Assembly (NCBI GenBank): GCA_002269645.1 | Contig: NIVC01003150.1 | Location: 52,377 to 116,376, forward strand | Source of the DNA: Macrostomum lignano | Taxonomy: Eukaryota | Direction of reading: 5' to 3' | DNA length: 64,000 bases | Shown here: positions 11,006 to 24,900 of the stretch, in pieces | How the letters are laid out: each line of letters starts with the position of its first letter | How positions within the stretch are numbered: the first letter of the stretch is position 1 | The notes under the pieces: model-generated | The model's database searches: none | Told to the model about the DNA's origin: nothing | The model's input: only the letters and a program-made list of their open reading frames with translations | Made by a program: the position numbers and the translations under genes

Positions 11006-13522
11006 CGCTTGGCTAGTAAAAGGAAAATGAATCCGAATTCTTTCCGCCCCGGACTTCACTCTGCCGTACGGACTAACTCATGTGTTCTCCAATATCGATT
11101 TGTTCAATAATTTTTCTAATTTTTCTTGTTTACCTACAACCAACTCCACATATTTATTCGCAAAACCTGTTCAATTTCGTTGTTGAAAAAATAAACCTGA
11201 AGATGCACCTAGGAGTGCAAAACGCGTTGTTACTTACACAATGTTGATTTTCAGATTCATTTTCCTTTTACAAAAAAGTTCTGATCATACTTTAAATGTA
11301 ACCCTCCAGCAGGCTCCAGCTGGCCTCTTCAGTCCTCTTGAATAATTATTTAATACATTGAATTATACTGGCCAACCAACCATGCATTTTGCCTGAGCCA
11401 AAATGACTACTATGTATATTAAGATTAAAGATTTTAGTTTAGTTCAAATTAGCCGTCATTGACAAGCATTAATTGTTCCATATTGTTTAACCTAGTCTAG
11501 ATAATTCACATTTACTCTATATATTTTTTATCATGAGCTGTCAGGCATTCTACTTAGTTAGAGTGTATGATAAACTAATAATCTATCTAGACGTAGCCAG
11601 TTAGTTACCTTAACTGTAGCTAGGACCCTGGGGTATTCACGCTTTTCGGTGCCTGTGCTTTTCAGTGCCCGGCATTGCCGCATTTTGGTTGCCCCAGCTT
11701 GCTTTTTGATGACCTAATTATACATTAGAATTAGACACAAAAATATAGAAATTGAGCCCTAATTTAGCAGTAAGTGCTTTGTCTTTATAGTACTTATTTA
11801 CTTTAAAAAACTAAGGTATTACTCATCTTATTTAGCTAAAAATGGAAATCGAAAATGGTTTTTCAGGAATTTTCGATTAGGGATTCGATTTAATTTTATG
11901 TTGCTAGCCATGTCTCAGCTGCATCAAAATTTTAAACCAATGCCTAAATGCGCTTGTAATAAAATTGTATAGATTATGGTTGCATAGTTATGCCCTAAAA
12001 GATTTCAGCTCATTAAATAATATTGGCTTCATTTCCTAGGCAGTTTTATGTGTGACAGTGTAATTCATAATTTCGTAGAAGCATCTATCATATTTCTTTA
12101 TCTCACTTGCATACCATACTGTACTACTACTGTATTCTTTCATTTATTTTAACAATATTCCAAACGTATTAATATTGCGTTTCTGTTACTATTAGCTCAT
12201 AAATGCCTTATTTTTTGTAGCCTTGTATGTATTTATTCTATACTGCTTTTATAAGGAAAATCAAACATTTTGTAAGTTTTTATTCATAGCCTAGAAAATA
12301 ATAGAAAATCCACTATGTGGTTAAAGACAAGAAAAAGCTGTCCAATATGTAATACTAAAGCCAACCAATCCTACTTTAGAAGTTTATGGCAGGGTATAAA
12401 TCTCTTTAATCTATTTTAACTTCCTATAATATTGTACCTTGAACAACAGCTGCAGCACCCATATATGAATGCAGTACAACAAAATCACATTTAAATGTAT
12501 TTGAAAATAATGTAATAAAAATGTGTGAAATATGCATTATATTTTAAATGAAAAAAATTGTGTTAAAATGCAATATGCATAAAAAATTATTTATTATTTT
12601 AGCATTTTGGGCTCCTAGGATAGTCTTGAATATATACTAGCTCATATGTATATCAATAAACAAGGTTATATTTAGAAAAGGAACTAGACCTTTGTGTGCC
12701 ACACATAGAAGCCTAATATTTTTTATTGTAAAACTATTAGCAAAAATGTTTTGCATATGGCTATATATGTAAGCTCAAAAGATTAAGTGGTCCAATTAAA
12801 GACTACTATATACAAGAAAAATTATGTAAGCCAAAATAGTTCAACATCTTAGTAATTGACTTGCCAATATTAGCTCTATTAGATATAAGAATTATGCACT
12901 CCTGTAAGTGTAGGCCTAACTATTTATATCCATATAATGTAAATCAAAAGTTGTCTAAAAGTAGTCTAGAAGTGGTAAGTTGTATGTAGCCAGTAAAGGA
13001 CCAAAAAGTATTGCTTGTAGCCACTTCCAACTAGGTATTTTATTTTTTTTTCCTTATAATTATACTTTGCAACTGGCCATTGTCATGCCTACTTATAGTT
13101 ATAATTTATAGTCTATGTTTTTGCCTAAAAACCTCAATATCCATAACTGTATCCATAGCTATATTTAAACTTTTTTATATCTGGAGCTAGATAAGTAATC
13201 TAACTCATGGCTGTGGGCTAGATTAAGAGGTAAGGAAAAAGATCAAAGAAAAAAAGAAATGGGCAATGAAAGGATAGACAAAATGAAAGTAGAGATGAGA
13301 GAGAAGAGACATGGATATTAAGTGGGCCAGATTGCAACTATGAAGTTTCAAAGGACCCAAAGGGCTAAATAGAGAGGCTTTGCAGGGCACATGTGGCCCA
13401 TAGGCTTATTTAACAAATCATTTCACAGCTACTGTGCTAAGGAAATATAGATTTATTTTGCCAAACTCTAAAGGGAATTTCTAATTAATTAGTGATTTTT
13501 AGTCAAACGTTTTGTTTTTCAG

Positions 13523-15746
13523 GCTAGTCAGCAAAGCCTTGAAAATGGCGGCAGCGGCAGCGGCAGCGGCAGCAGCAGCCGAGCCAGCAGCGGCGCAGGC
13601 GGCAGGCTCCGCGCCAGCTCCAGGCCTCCCATGCTGCCGGTGCCTCCGGCCCTGTCACAGCAGCCGCTGCCTGTGCCCCTGGGTAATGACCAGCCGCTGA
13701 GCGACCTCACCACTATCCGACACAATGGCGCCGATATCGAGCTAAAGGCGACAGAATTGCAGACTGTGCGAGTGTTGGGCAAAGGTCGATTCGGTGTGGT
13801 CGATCAGGTAGGTCTGTTGAAACATCTTCAGCTGGTTCAACTCTTTTGAACTATTTCGACCCCTTCTAAAATCCCTCTGATGGTAGCCGGAGTCCCATTT
13901 TGAATCCCTCTATAATCCCTCTACAATTGTCGTTTCAGTCCAATCTTAATTCCCTTTACAGTGGCCGTTTCAGTCCAATCTTAATTCCCTCTGCAGTGGC
14001 CGTTTCAGTCTAATCTTAATTCCCTCTACAATGACCGCTCCAGCCCAATCTTAATTCCCTTTAAAAAATGACCGTTTCAGTCCAATTTTAATTGACTCTA
14101 CAGTGGCTGTTTCAGTCCAATCTTAATTGACTCTACAATCCCTCTACAATGGTCGTTTCAGTCCAATCTTAATTCCCTTAACAGTTTCAGTCCAATCTTA
14201 ATTCCCTTTACAATGGTCATTTCAGTTTACAGTCAAGTCCCTCTGGAGTCCCATTTGGAGTCCCTCTAATTCATGTCACCGATTCTTAGGACCAGAAATG
14301 CAAAAGCAAAGTCTCCAAGAGTCAAAGCAATTAACAACAAATCCAGGTGCGGCACCCGGGAACGAAATGCCACTTTGCGCTGAAGTATCTCCGACGGTCC
14401 AGCGACGCCCGCGAGCACGAGCTGCAGCTTCGCGAAATCAACGTACTCCGCCGGGCCGTTGAGTGCCCGTTCGCCGTGTACTTTTATGGAGCCATGTTTC
14501 ACGAGGGCGATATTCTGATTCTGATGGAGCTGATGGACGCCTCTCTCAGGCAGCTGTACCTCACCGCTTACAGTCCGGTAGTTGATCTGCCTTTCTCAGA
14601 CTCTGTACTGCGCTACGTGGCCTATTCTGTGCTGCGAGCGTTGAGTTACATGCGGAGTATCGATGTGATGCACAGGTTTGTCTGCTCTTGTTCCAGTTGT
14701 TTAGTCCTGATGCTTAGAGTGAAGATTGTTTGTCCTTTGCATTTACTGTAGTCGGATTTTGATTTTTGAAGCATAATTCACATTGAGATTTTGAAAGATT
14801 TATATGAAAATTGGGTGAGATTTTGAAAGATTCACATTAAGTAGGGTGAGATTTTGAAAGATTTAAAATAAAATAAGTTGAGATTTGAAGGATCTACAAT
14901 AAACTAGGGTGAGATTTTAAAAGATTACCAATAAAATAGGGTGAGATTTTGAAAAATCAACAATAAAATAGGGTGAGATTTGAAGGATCTACAATAAAAA
15001 GGTGAGAGTTTGAAAGATTTGCAATCAAATAGGTCAAGATTTTGAAATTTTCGTTATCATCACAGGGAGATTTTGCTGACCCGAGAATGTTCATCCCATT
15101 ATCCTTATTCTCTTCCCCGCCGTCGCAATCGCGCAGAGACGTGAAGCCCAGCAACATGCTGGCCAGCCGGTCAGGCCAGGTGAAAATGTGCGACTTCGGC
15201 ATCGCCGGCTTCCTCGACAACAGCATCGCCAAGTCGAACGTCGGCTGCGAGTTGTACCTGGCGCCCGAACGGATCCTGCCGCCAGCCCAGCAGAAGGAAA
15301 CGCAGTCCTCCAGAGCCGAAGGCGGCGACGGCCCCGACGCCTCCTCGCTGCACCGACCCGAAGGCTTCACCTCGGCGGCCGACGTCTGGTCTCTGGGCGT
15401 CAGCCTGGTCGAGCTGGCCACCGGCAGCTACCCCTACGGCCCCGTCATCGGCCCGTTTGAGCTCAACCGCCGTATAGTTGACGACCCGCCGCCAGCCCTG
15501 CCGGCTGAGTCTGTCGCCAGGTTCGACGCCCAGCTGCCCGGCTTCCTGTCGCGCTGTCTGGAGAAGAATCACGAGCAGCGGTGGCGGTTCAACCGGCTGC
15601 TCAGCCATGCCTATCTGGCTGGCATCGACTCAGATCCGGCTAGAGAGGCCGGCCTGCGAAATGAGACTGCCGGATTTGTCTGCGACGTGCTGGACAGCGC
15701 CAGCGGCGACTCCGATGCCAAACGGCTGCATCCGTCCGAGGTTTGA
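13523..15746 (+). CDS. MAP2K6: Dual-specificity MAP kinase kinase, MKK3/6-like
   Basis: Exons 13523-13807, 14347-14675, 15137-15746 with consistent phases. Motifs GKGRFGVV, FALK, HR|DVKPSN, DFG, activation loop DNSIAKS, LAPERI and DVWSLG. Start codon ambiguous. Confidence 0.88.
13925..14230 (+). repeat. About 35-bp intronic minisatellite (CAGTGGCCGTTTCAGTCCAATCTTAATTCCCTCTA)
   Basis: About 8 degenerate units in MKK intron 1. Confidence 0.9.
14780..15045 (+). repeat. Degenerate intronic repeat (GGGTGAGATTTTGAAAGATT core)
   Basis: About 8 units in MKK intron 2. Confidence 0.8.
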
Positions 15747-16074
15747 GCTCGAAGCGCATTTAATTTTTGTTTGCGTAGGCGAGCAGTTCTACTAACAAGT
15801 GGCGCAAGGGGATTTTTTCAAGTTACGAAGGTTTGCTTGTCTGTATGTTGCTAATAAACTACAATTGCTCATAATTCTGGATCAGTTGCACTTTATATGA
15901 TTCTTTTTGCAAGGTTGTTACAAAATTAAACATGTTGATGTGAAGGTTAAAGCCTTAGCAAGGTAAAAAATACACCAATTAACTGTTTTTTCCAATGGTC
16001 CTAAAAATTTTTTTGTTTTATTTTTCATAGAAATATCGATACAAAGATGAAAGTCACAAAATTCGAAGGGGAGA

Positions 16075-18600
16075 GATGAGACACAGGAGGGGGAGGAGAA
16101 ATGAGGCACGGGAAGGGAAAATGAGACACAGGAGGAGAGATGAGACACAGGAGGGAGAGATGAGACATGGGAAGGAGATATGAAACACGGAAAGGGGAGA
16201 TGAGACATGGCAAGGAGGATATGAGACACGGGAGGGAGAGATGAGACATGTGAAGGGGGATACGAGACACGGGAGGGAAGGAGAGATGATACACGACAGG
16301 GAGGGAAAAGATGAGACACGACAGGGAGGGAAAAGATGAGACACGACAGGGAGGGGAGAGATGAGACACGACAGGGAGAGATGAGACACGGGAAGGGAGA
16401 GATGAGACACGGAAGGGAGAGATGAGACATGGGAAGGGAGAGATGAGACACGGAAAGGGAGAGATGAGACACGGGAAGGGAGAGATGAGACACGGGAAGG
16501 GAGAGATGAGACACGGGAAGGGAGAGATGAGACATGGGAAGGGAGAGATGAGACACGGGAAGGGAGAGATGAGACACGGGAAGGGAAAATGAGACACAGG
16601 AGGAGAGATGAGACACAGGAGGGAGAGATGAGACATGGGAAGGAGATATGAAACACGGAAAGGGGAGATGAGACATGGCAAGGAGGATATGAGACACGGG
16701 AGGGAGAGATGAGACATGTGAAGGGGGATACGAGACACGGGAGGGAAGGAGAGATGATACACGACAGGGAGGGAAAAGATGAGACACGACAGGGAGGGAA
16801 AAGATGAGACACGACAGGGAGGGGAGAGATGAGACACGACAGGGAGAGATGAGACACGGGAAGGGAGAGATGAGACACGGGAAGGGAGAGATGAGACATG
16901 GGAAGGGAGAGATGAGACACGGAAAGGGAGAGATGAGACACGGGAAGGGAGAGATGAGACACGGGAAGGGAGAGATGAGACACGGGAAGGGAGAGATGAG
17001 ACACGGGAAGGGAGAGATGAGACACGGGAAGGGAGAGATGAGACACGGGAAGGGAGAGATGAGACACGGGAAGGGAGAGATGAGACACGGGAAGGGAGAG
17101 ATGAGACACGGGAAGGGAGAGATGAGACACGGGAAGGGAGAGATGAGACACGGGAAGGGAGAGATGAGACATGGGAAGGGAGAGATGAGACACGGGAAGG
17201 GAGAGATGAGACACGGGAAGGGAGAGATGAGACACGGGAAGGGAGAGATGAGACACAGCAGGGAGGGGAAAGATGAGACACAGCAGGGAGGGGAGAGATG
17301 AGACACGGGAAGGGAGAGATGAGACACGGGAAGGGAGAGATGAGACACGGGAAGGGAGAGATGAGACACGGGAAGGAGAGAGATGAGACACGGGAAGGGA
17401 GAGATGAGACATGGGAAGGGAGAGATGAGACACGGGAAGGGAGAGATGAGACACGGGAAGGGAGAGATGAGACACGGGAAGGGAGAGATGAGACACGGGA
17501 AGGGAGAGATGAGACACGGGAAGGGAGAGATGAGACACGGGAAGGGAGAGATGAGACACGGGAAGGGAGAGATGAGACACGGGAAGGGAGAGATGAGACA
17601 CGGGAAGGGAGAGATGAGACACGGGAAGGGAGAGATGAGACACGGGAAGGGAGAGATGAGACACGGGAAGGGAGAGATGAGACATGGGAAGGGAGAGATG
17701 AGACACGGGAAGGGAGAGATGAGACACGGGAAGGGAGAGATGAGACACGGGAAGGGAGAGATAAGACACGTGAAGGGAGAGATGAGACACAGCAGGGAGG
17801 GGAGAGATGAGACACAGCAGGGAGGGGAGAGATGAGACACGGGAAGGGAGAGATGAGACACGGGAAGGGAGAGATGAGACACGGGAAGGGAGAGATGAGA
17901 CACGGGAAGGGAGAGATGAGACACGGGAAGGGAGAGATGAGACACGGGAAGGGAGAGATGAGACATGGGAAGGGAGAGATGAGACACGGGAAGGGAGAGA
18001 TGAGACACGGGAAGGGAGAGATGAGACACGGGAAGGGAGAGATGAGACACAGCAGGGAGGGGAAAGATGAGACACAGCAGGGAGGGGAGAGATGAGACAC
18101 GGGAAGGGAGAGATGAGACACGGGAAGGGAGAGATGAGACACGGGAAGGGAGAGATGAGACACGGGAAGGGAGAGATGAGACACGGGAAGGGAGAGATGA
18201 GACATGGGAAGGGAGAGATGAGACACGGGAAGGGAGAGATGAGACACGGGAAGGGAGAGATGAGACACGGGAAGGGAGAGATGAGACACGGGAAGGGAGA
18301 GATGAGACACGGGAAGGGAGAGATGAGACACGGGAAGGGAGAGATGAGACACGGGAAGGGAGAGATGAGACACGGGAAGGGAGAGATGAGACACGGAAGG
18401 GAGAGATGAGACACGGGAAGGGAGAGATGAGACACGGGAAGGGAGAGATGAGACACGGGAAGGGAGAGATGAGACATGGGAAGGGAGAGATAAGACACGT
18501 GAAGGGAGAGATGAGACACAGCAGGGAGGGGAAAGATGAGACACAGCAGGGAGGGGAGAGATGAGACACAGGAAGGGAGAGATTAGACATGGAAAGGAAT
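16075..18600 (+). repeat. 2.5-kb purine-rich 21-bp satellite (GGGAAGGGAGAGATGAGACAC)n
   Basis: More than 100 units, with an internal duplication of about 468 bp (16141 vs 16609). Confidence 0.97.
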
Positions 18601-19419
18601 AGATGATACACGGGAATAAAAACTGTCTCCTTAGAGACTAAATTTTACCTTTTGTTCATTTTGAATTGAATCCTATTTTGCGTAGTACGAGCTAATTAGA
18701 TAGTGTATATATTTATCCAGGCATTCGGTGTTGTAAATGTTGATCTCAGAATGCAAATATTTTAATAGTTAACTGCTGATTGTACAAACAAAGAGTCTAG
18801 TAATGAATTAATTACTTTCAAGGTTGCTAGATCATTTCTTGGAATTTTTGAAGGCTCGAGTATTTCTAGGTAGGGTATTCAGGTCCGAGAGAATAATATT
18901 TCTGCTGGCTATTTTTTGCTGAAAAGGATTTGAGCCTTCAAATATTTTCTAACAAACAAAGTAGTAGATCTTGCTTTTTGTCATATTTTAAGCAGATTTT
19001 CGCTTATATATTTTCCAGCTCGCAGTCAATCAGATTCAGGTTCTCATTTTTACCTTGTCACTGTCACAGCCAGATCGAAATGATAATGAATCAGGTTACT
19101 GTTGCTCACAATTACCAGCGCTTTGTGTTGTACATTTTTATTGTAATCTGTGCTAAATTTCTAAATTTCTTACCTGCGTGAATTAAGTTTGTTATTTTTT
19201 TCACTTTTACCCTCTTAGCGCATATTGGTTTAGTTTACCTGTATTTAATATGTAAATTTTTAATAATGTCCGAAATCTTCTGCATTCCAATTTTTTTCTG
19301 ACGGCTAGATGAGTGCCAGAGAATCACGACTTTGATGAGAAAAATAGGCTTTTTATAACTATTCCCAGTTCCCAGATGTTTCTATCTGTGAACTGACAGA
19401 TTGCGCAACCCTCCCTGAG

Positions 19420-19790
19420 GCTTCATAGCTTCCAATTATCCAACTCTCCCTGAAGCTTCATGGACTCCAATTATCCAACTCTCCCTGAAGCTTCATGGAC
19501 TCCAATTATCCAACTCTCCCTGAAGCTTCATGGACTCAATTATCCAACCATCCCTGAAGCTTCATAGATTTAAATTATCCAACCCTCCCTGAAGCTTCAT
19601 GGACTTCAATTATCCAACCCTCTTGAAGCTTCATGGACTCCAAATTATCCAACCATCCCTGAAGCTTCATGGACTCCAAATTATCCAACCATCCCTCAAG
19701 CTTCATAGATTCCAATTATCCAACCACCCTGAAGCCTCATGGACTCCAGATCTCCAACCGCCCTGAAGCTTAGGACTCCAGTCATGCCCG
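19420..19790 (+). repeat. 35-36-bp minisatellite (CCAATTATCCAACTCTCCCTGAAGCTTCATGGACT)n
   Basis: About 10 units. Confidence 0.93.
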
Positions 19791-20918
19791 GCTTCATTGA
19801 TATTATTCTGGGTAGCCATCCGTATGCATAACCTTAGTTTGTCTAAAAACCGTCAGGATTTTGTGTTCAAGTCGCATCGCCGCTAGTTTTGTAGCCTTAT
19901 GGCTTATGCCATTTCATCCGAAACTGAGCTCACAGAGCGGCGGTTTTTTGACTTTTTTCTATTTGAAAATACTTTGCCTACTATGAACTACTGTGTAGTA
20001 GTAGAGAATAAGGCATTTTTAGTATAGTAGATCCACGTAACCAATATGTTTAGTAACGAATGCCTGGCATGACATGCAATTATTCCCCGGTTGTTATTAG
20101 ACTGCAATCAGTATAAACAAATTAATTAAATAAATATGATTATAGTTCATAGTTGACTAACAAACACTGAGAATGCCGGCTAGTACAATCGAAATAGCAA
20201 ATTTGCTGCAGAGTTTTCTGGCATTTTTTAACTGGATGAAATCCGTCTTTTTCGACTCTTATTCACTTATTATCGCAGTCTATGGCTCAGGCTGGGGATT
20301 GGAGTACAACTTTTTGTACTGCTTTTTGTAGCCCATTTGTTATGTTTAAATTAAAAGATAAAAGATATGTTTTTCAAAGTATGGAGATTTTGTCTATGGT
20401 TGCAAAGATGGCGCAGCAGCGTTTAATTTGGTCCAACAAATATCAATTTGGTCCAGTGGCTCTAGTCTATAGTTTCATTCCAGGATTTTAACTTAGACAT
20501 GACTGTCACAAGCAGTGAGGATGAAAGCAATACTTAATTTGCAAATTGCAACTGCTGCGGAGAAGCAAGATCAACCCCAGAATCGTAGACCCTATGCTAG
20601 GCTGTTTAACGAACGCCATTCGCAAGGCTTGTGATCGAAGTACTCTACGGAGGTGAACACCCAAAGGACATTGCAAGGTTGCAAGGCGCCGGTATTCCAG
20701 CGGTACGCAACAGCCCGCGGACTGTTGCGAGAAAGCAAGTTTGTCGAATGGCTCGATCAGTCAATCACGGATATTTAAGCCATAGACAGAGCTGCATTAC
20801 TTCGGCAAACGTATCTTGCATTAAAATCAATGCACGCAAGCCCAACTAGGCTGTAAAAAGCTCTACTATTTTGCGCAGATCATGTGCAAGTTGTTGAGAA
20901 ATGGCTCGATCGGGTACC

Positions 20919-21214
20919 TCTCATTTCGCCGAAATTAATTTCATAACCATCTGGACATTAGACCATAGACAACTACACTAATTTCAATTTCAAGCCACCA
21001 GAAACGATTTCAATCGGCATTTTTGTATTTCACAACCTCCTACCATATATATATACCACTAGCTAGACTTTTTACCATGGACTATGCAGTAGGAAGAATT
21101 CTTAATTTTAACTTTATTTTTCAAGCCATAGACATCTAAATCACACTTGCATTAGTGTAGTTGTCTATGGTCTAATGTCCAAATGGTTATGAAATTAATT
21201 TCGGCGAAACGAGA
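20919..21214. repeat. 64-bp inverted repeat in a CCATAGAC-motif-rich region
   Basis: Arms 20919-20982 and 21151-21214 are reverse complements with 2 mismatches. Confidence 0.85.
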
Positions 21215-21918
21215 ATCGACAAAGCCATAGACAAAAGCTGCATTACTTTGGCAAACGTATCTTATCTTATTTTGCTGAACCATAGACAATCTGTGTTCAT
21301 GATTGAGCATGTCTATGGCCAAAACACCATCTATGGCCAAGACCTGTAAAGATTCTTACCGCTAACGAGTGCTTTTTGCCATAGACACACGAGTGAGCGT
21401 TTACGAATGTCAATTTGATTCTATTTAATTATATGACGTTCAACCATAGACACAAGTTTAAAAAATGGTTAATGCGCGTAATTGCTACCTATAATGTCCA
21501 TATTGATAAATCTGAGGGCTAAAACCCACTTATGCAAGATAAACTAAAAAAGACTGGTACAGAAAGACCAACTAGAAGATTTTCAATTTTCTTTACAGCA
21601 AATTATCAGCCCAGACTTTATTATTATTAGCTAAGTTGATATCGTCGTACAGCGTAATGCACACTGCATTAATTATTCAAATTCATACCGATATAGTTAA
21701 TAATAATGGCACAGGCTAGAGCGATATAGGTAACCCTCAATACAGTAGTATATAAGGATTCGTCTGTCGCACAGCAAATGCAGATCGCTACTTAAACGCA
21801 AAATAATTTATGCACTACTCAAAGTAGACGAAAAATAACTATAGCAAAATTTTCCAAGGTTCTACAAAGGGGCAAACAAATTAAAATTGTCCATCCGCTA
21901 GCTGGCGATAAACTAAAC

Positions 21919-24900
21919 TCAGCCAGCCGCCGTGATTCGAACTTCGCTAGCTCCATCGCTGCCCGAATCCTCCTGTCGGTCGGCCGCCGGGGCCGAAGGG
22001 TCCGGACCGATCTTCTGGTACAGTTGCACTAATAGCCGCTTTATCTCGGAGCGCTTGTTGTCAATCTCTTCGTGTTGGAACCAGTCTCGCATCTGGTTCT
22101 CAAAATAGTGCATAGTGAACTGTTGGATAGGCTTGCGGAATAGCATCTCTGCGTAGTGCAGCATGTACGGCCCGCAGTCCACCGCGTTCGGCTGCTGCGG
22201 CACCACCGGACTGTAGCCGCGGATCGAGTCCTTGTTGAACTGCCGCTTGCCGTCCCGGGCGGCGCGCTTCATGTCCCACTCGACCTGCAGGTAGCTGCGG
22301 GATAGGGCGGGCGTCTGGTTGTTGGATGGGATCTAGCTAGGGGATGTGGGATATGGGATCTGGCTAGGGGATGTGGGATATGGGATCTGGCTAGGGGATA
22401 TGGGATATGGGATCTGGCTAGGGGATGTGGGATATGGAATCTGGCTAGGGGATGTGGGATATGGGATCTGGCTAGGGGATGTGGGATATAGGATCTGGCT
22501 AGGGGATGTGGGATATGGGATCTGGCTAGGGGATGTGGGATATGGGATCTGGCTAGGGGATGTGGGATATGGGATCTGGCTAGGGGATGTGGGATATGGG
22601 ATCTGGCTAGGGGATGTGGGATATGGGATCTGGCTAGGGGATGTGGGATATGGGATCTGGCTAGGGGATGTGGGATATGGGATCTGGCTAGGGGATGTGG
22701 GATATGGGATCTGGCTAGGGGATGTGGGATATGGGATCTGGCTAGGGGATATGGGATCTGGCTAGAGGATGTGGGATATGGGATCTGGCTAGGGGATGTG
22801 GGATATGGGATCTGGCTAGGGGATGTGGGATATGGGATCTGGCTAGGGGATATGGGATCTGGCTAGAGGATGTGGGATATGGGATCTGGCTAGGGGGTGT
22901 GGGATATAGGATCTGGCTAGGGGATATGGGATCTGGCTAGAGGATGTGGGATATGGGATCTGGCTAGGGGATATGGGATCTGGCTAGAGGATGTAGGATA
23001 TGGGATCTGGCTAGGGGATATGGGATCTGGCTAGAGGATGTGGGATATGGGATCTGGCTAGGGGATGTGGGATATGGGATCTGGCTAGGGGATGTGGGAT
23101 ATGGGATCTGGCTATGAGATATTGGATCTGGCTAGGGGATGTGGGATATGGGATCTGGCTATGAGATATTGGATCTGGCTATGAGATATTGGATCTGGCT
23201 AGAGGATGTGGGATATAGGATCTGGCGAGGGGATATGGGATCTGGCTAGAGGATGTTGGATATGAGATCTGGTGAGGGGATATGGGATCTGGCTAGAGGA
23301 TGTGGGATATGGGATCTGGCTAGGGGATGTGGGATATGGGATCTGGCTATGAGATATTGGATCTGGCTAGGGGATGTGGGATATGGGATCTGGCTATGAG
23401 ATATTGGATCTGGCTATGAGATATTGGATCTGGCTAGAGGATGTGGGATATAGGATCTGGCGAGGGGATATGGGATCTGGCTAGAGGATGTTGGATATGA
23501 GATCTGGTGAGGGGATATGGGATCTGGCTAGAGGATGTGGGATCTGGCTAGAGGATGCTGGATATGGGATCTGGCTAGATACAGGACAGATACAGGAGGA
23601 ATAAGATTGGATCTGACAGGTACAGGGATGCGCAGAGAACTCACTCTCGCAGCGCAGTGACATTAGGCGTCCTTGCCGCAGTGCCGGACAGACTGTCGAA
23701 TACCAGGATGCATGGCAGTCGGAGGGTGCCGTCCTCGGCTCGAGTCCCAACTAGTTCGGCGGCCGCCTCCTGCGCCGCGGCCCTGTCATCGACGTTTTGA
23801 TTGCGCCGCCTGCCGAGCCGAGGGCTGAGCATGGTTGAGTAGTCCACAGTGCCGACCAGCTCTGAGCGAGAAGAAAATGGAGTTGGACACCTGATTTCTT
23901 AGAAAATAGCTTTCCGAGATAGGTTTTATTTTTTAAAAGTAGCGAATAGCTTTAATTAAATTAAGGAGCTTCTGGACCTTCAACAGGTGGCACCAGGTAA
24001 CTACGAGCACCATAATGCGACTATATCCGTAAAATTAACGATAGTTCAAAATCAAGCAAAAATCTAACCAGGAAAGCAGATAACCGCGAGGAACCAGTGA
24101 CAGCTCTCGTTAATTGGCACCAGGATGAAATCTTTGTCAAACAGGTCGACCCGTCGAGTCCATTTGGCTACTGAGGCGTGTCGCCGAACAGCCAGAGGCT
24201 GGCCGGTCATGAAGCCGGGCTCCACCCGCCTGGTCAGGCGCTTATAAAAGAAACAATTGAAGACGTGGGTCCTACTGCGCTGCTCCGGCGTCAATAGGCA
24301 GTGCTGCATGTACTTTAGATAGAAATCAACAATGACATCGTTGAAGTATTCGCCAGGCCGTAGGCAGGCGGCGTCCTCGTTAGTGACGGTGATGCCGTCG
24401 GCTGCTTCCCGCGGCCTGTAGGTGAACTTGCCGATGAGCGACCGGCCGGCTCTGCCACCGCCAGCGGCCGGCTCCTGCGGCTGGCATTGGCGACTCTGGC
24501 GTCGACTACGCCGCCGACAAGCCGACTGTTTTGGTTTCTGTTTACCGGCGACGCCGCCTTCAACAATAACAACATCGTCTGCGTCGCTATCATCGGCAAC
24601 TTCCAGAGCCGGCACCCGGTGGCCTTGCAGGTAGACTCGTTGGACAATGGACAGAGATGCCGAGTCTTGGGTGGCGTCGGAACTGTCCGCCAGTCTAGGC
24701 CGTTTTGTGCTCGGCTCTGAGCAACTGCTCGGGCCAGCCGCCTCGTCCAATCTCTGCTGTCGCTCTGCCTGGCGGCGCGGGCTGAACGCCGAGCGCAGTC
24801 CGTCGAATGCGGCAACAAACAGCGACTTGGACTCGGAGGTTCGGCTGCGAGTTGAAAACGACGGCATCGCCGATTGGTGGACACGCATGACGGCGCCGGC

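Noticed and set aside
15918-18611. 800-900-aa ORFs in several frames (also 60756-63498)
   Set aside because: Purine/pyrimidine satellites and (TCTG)n lack stop codons; no protein signal
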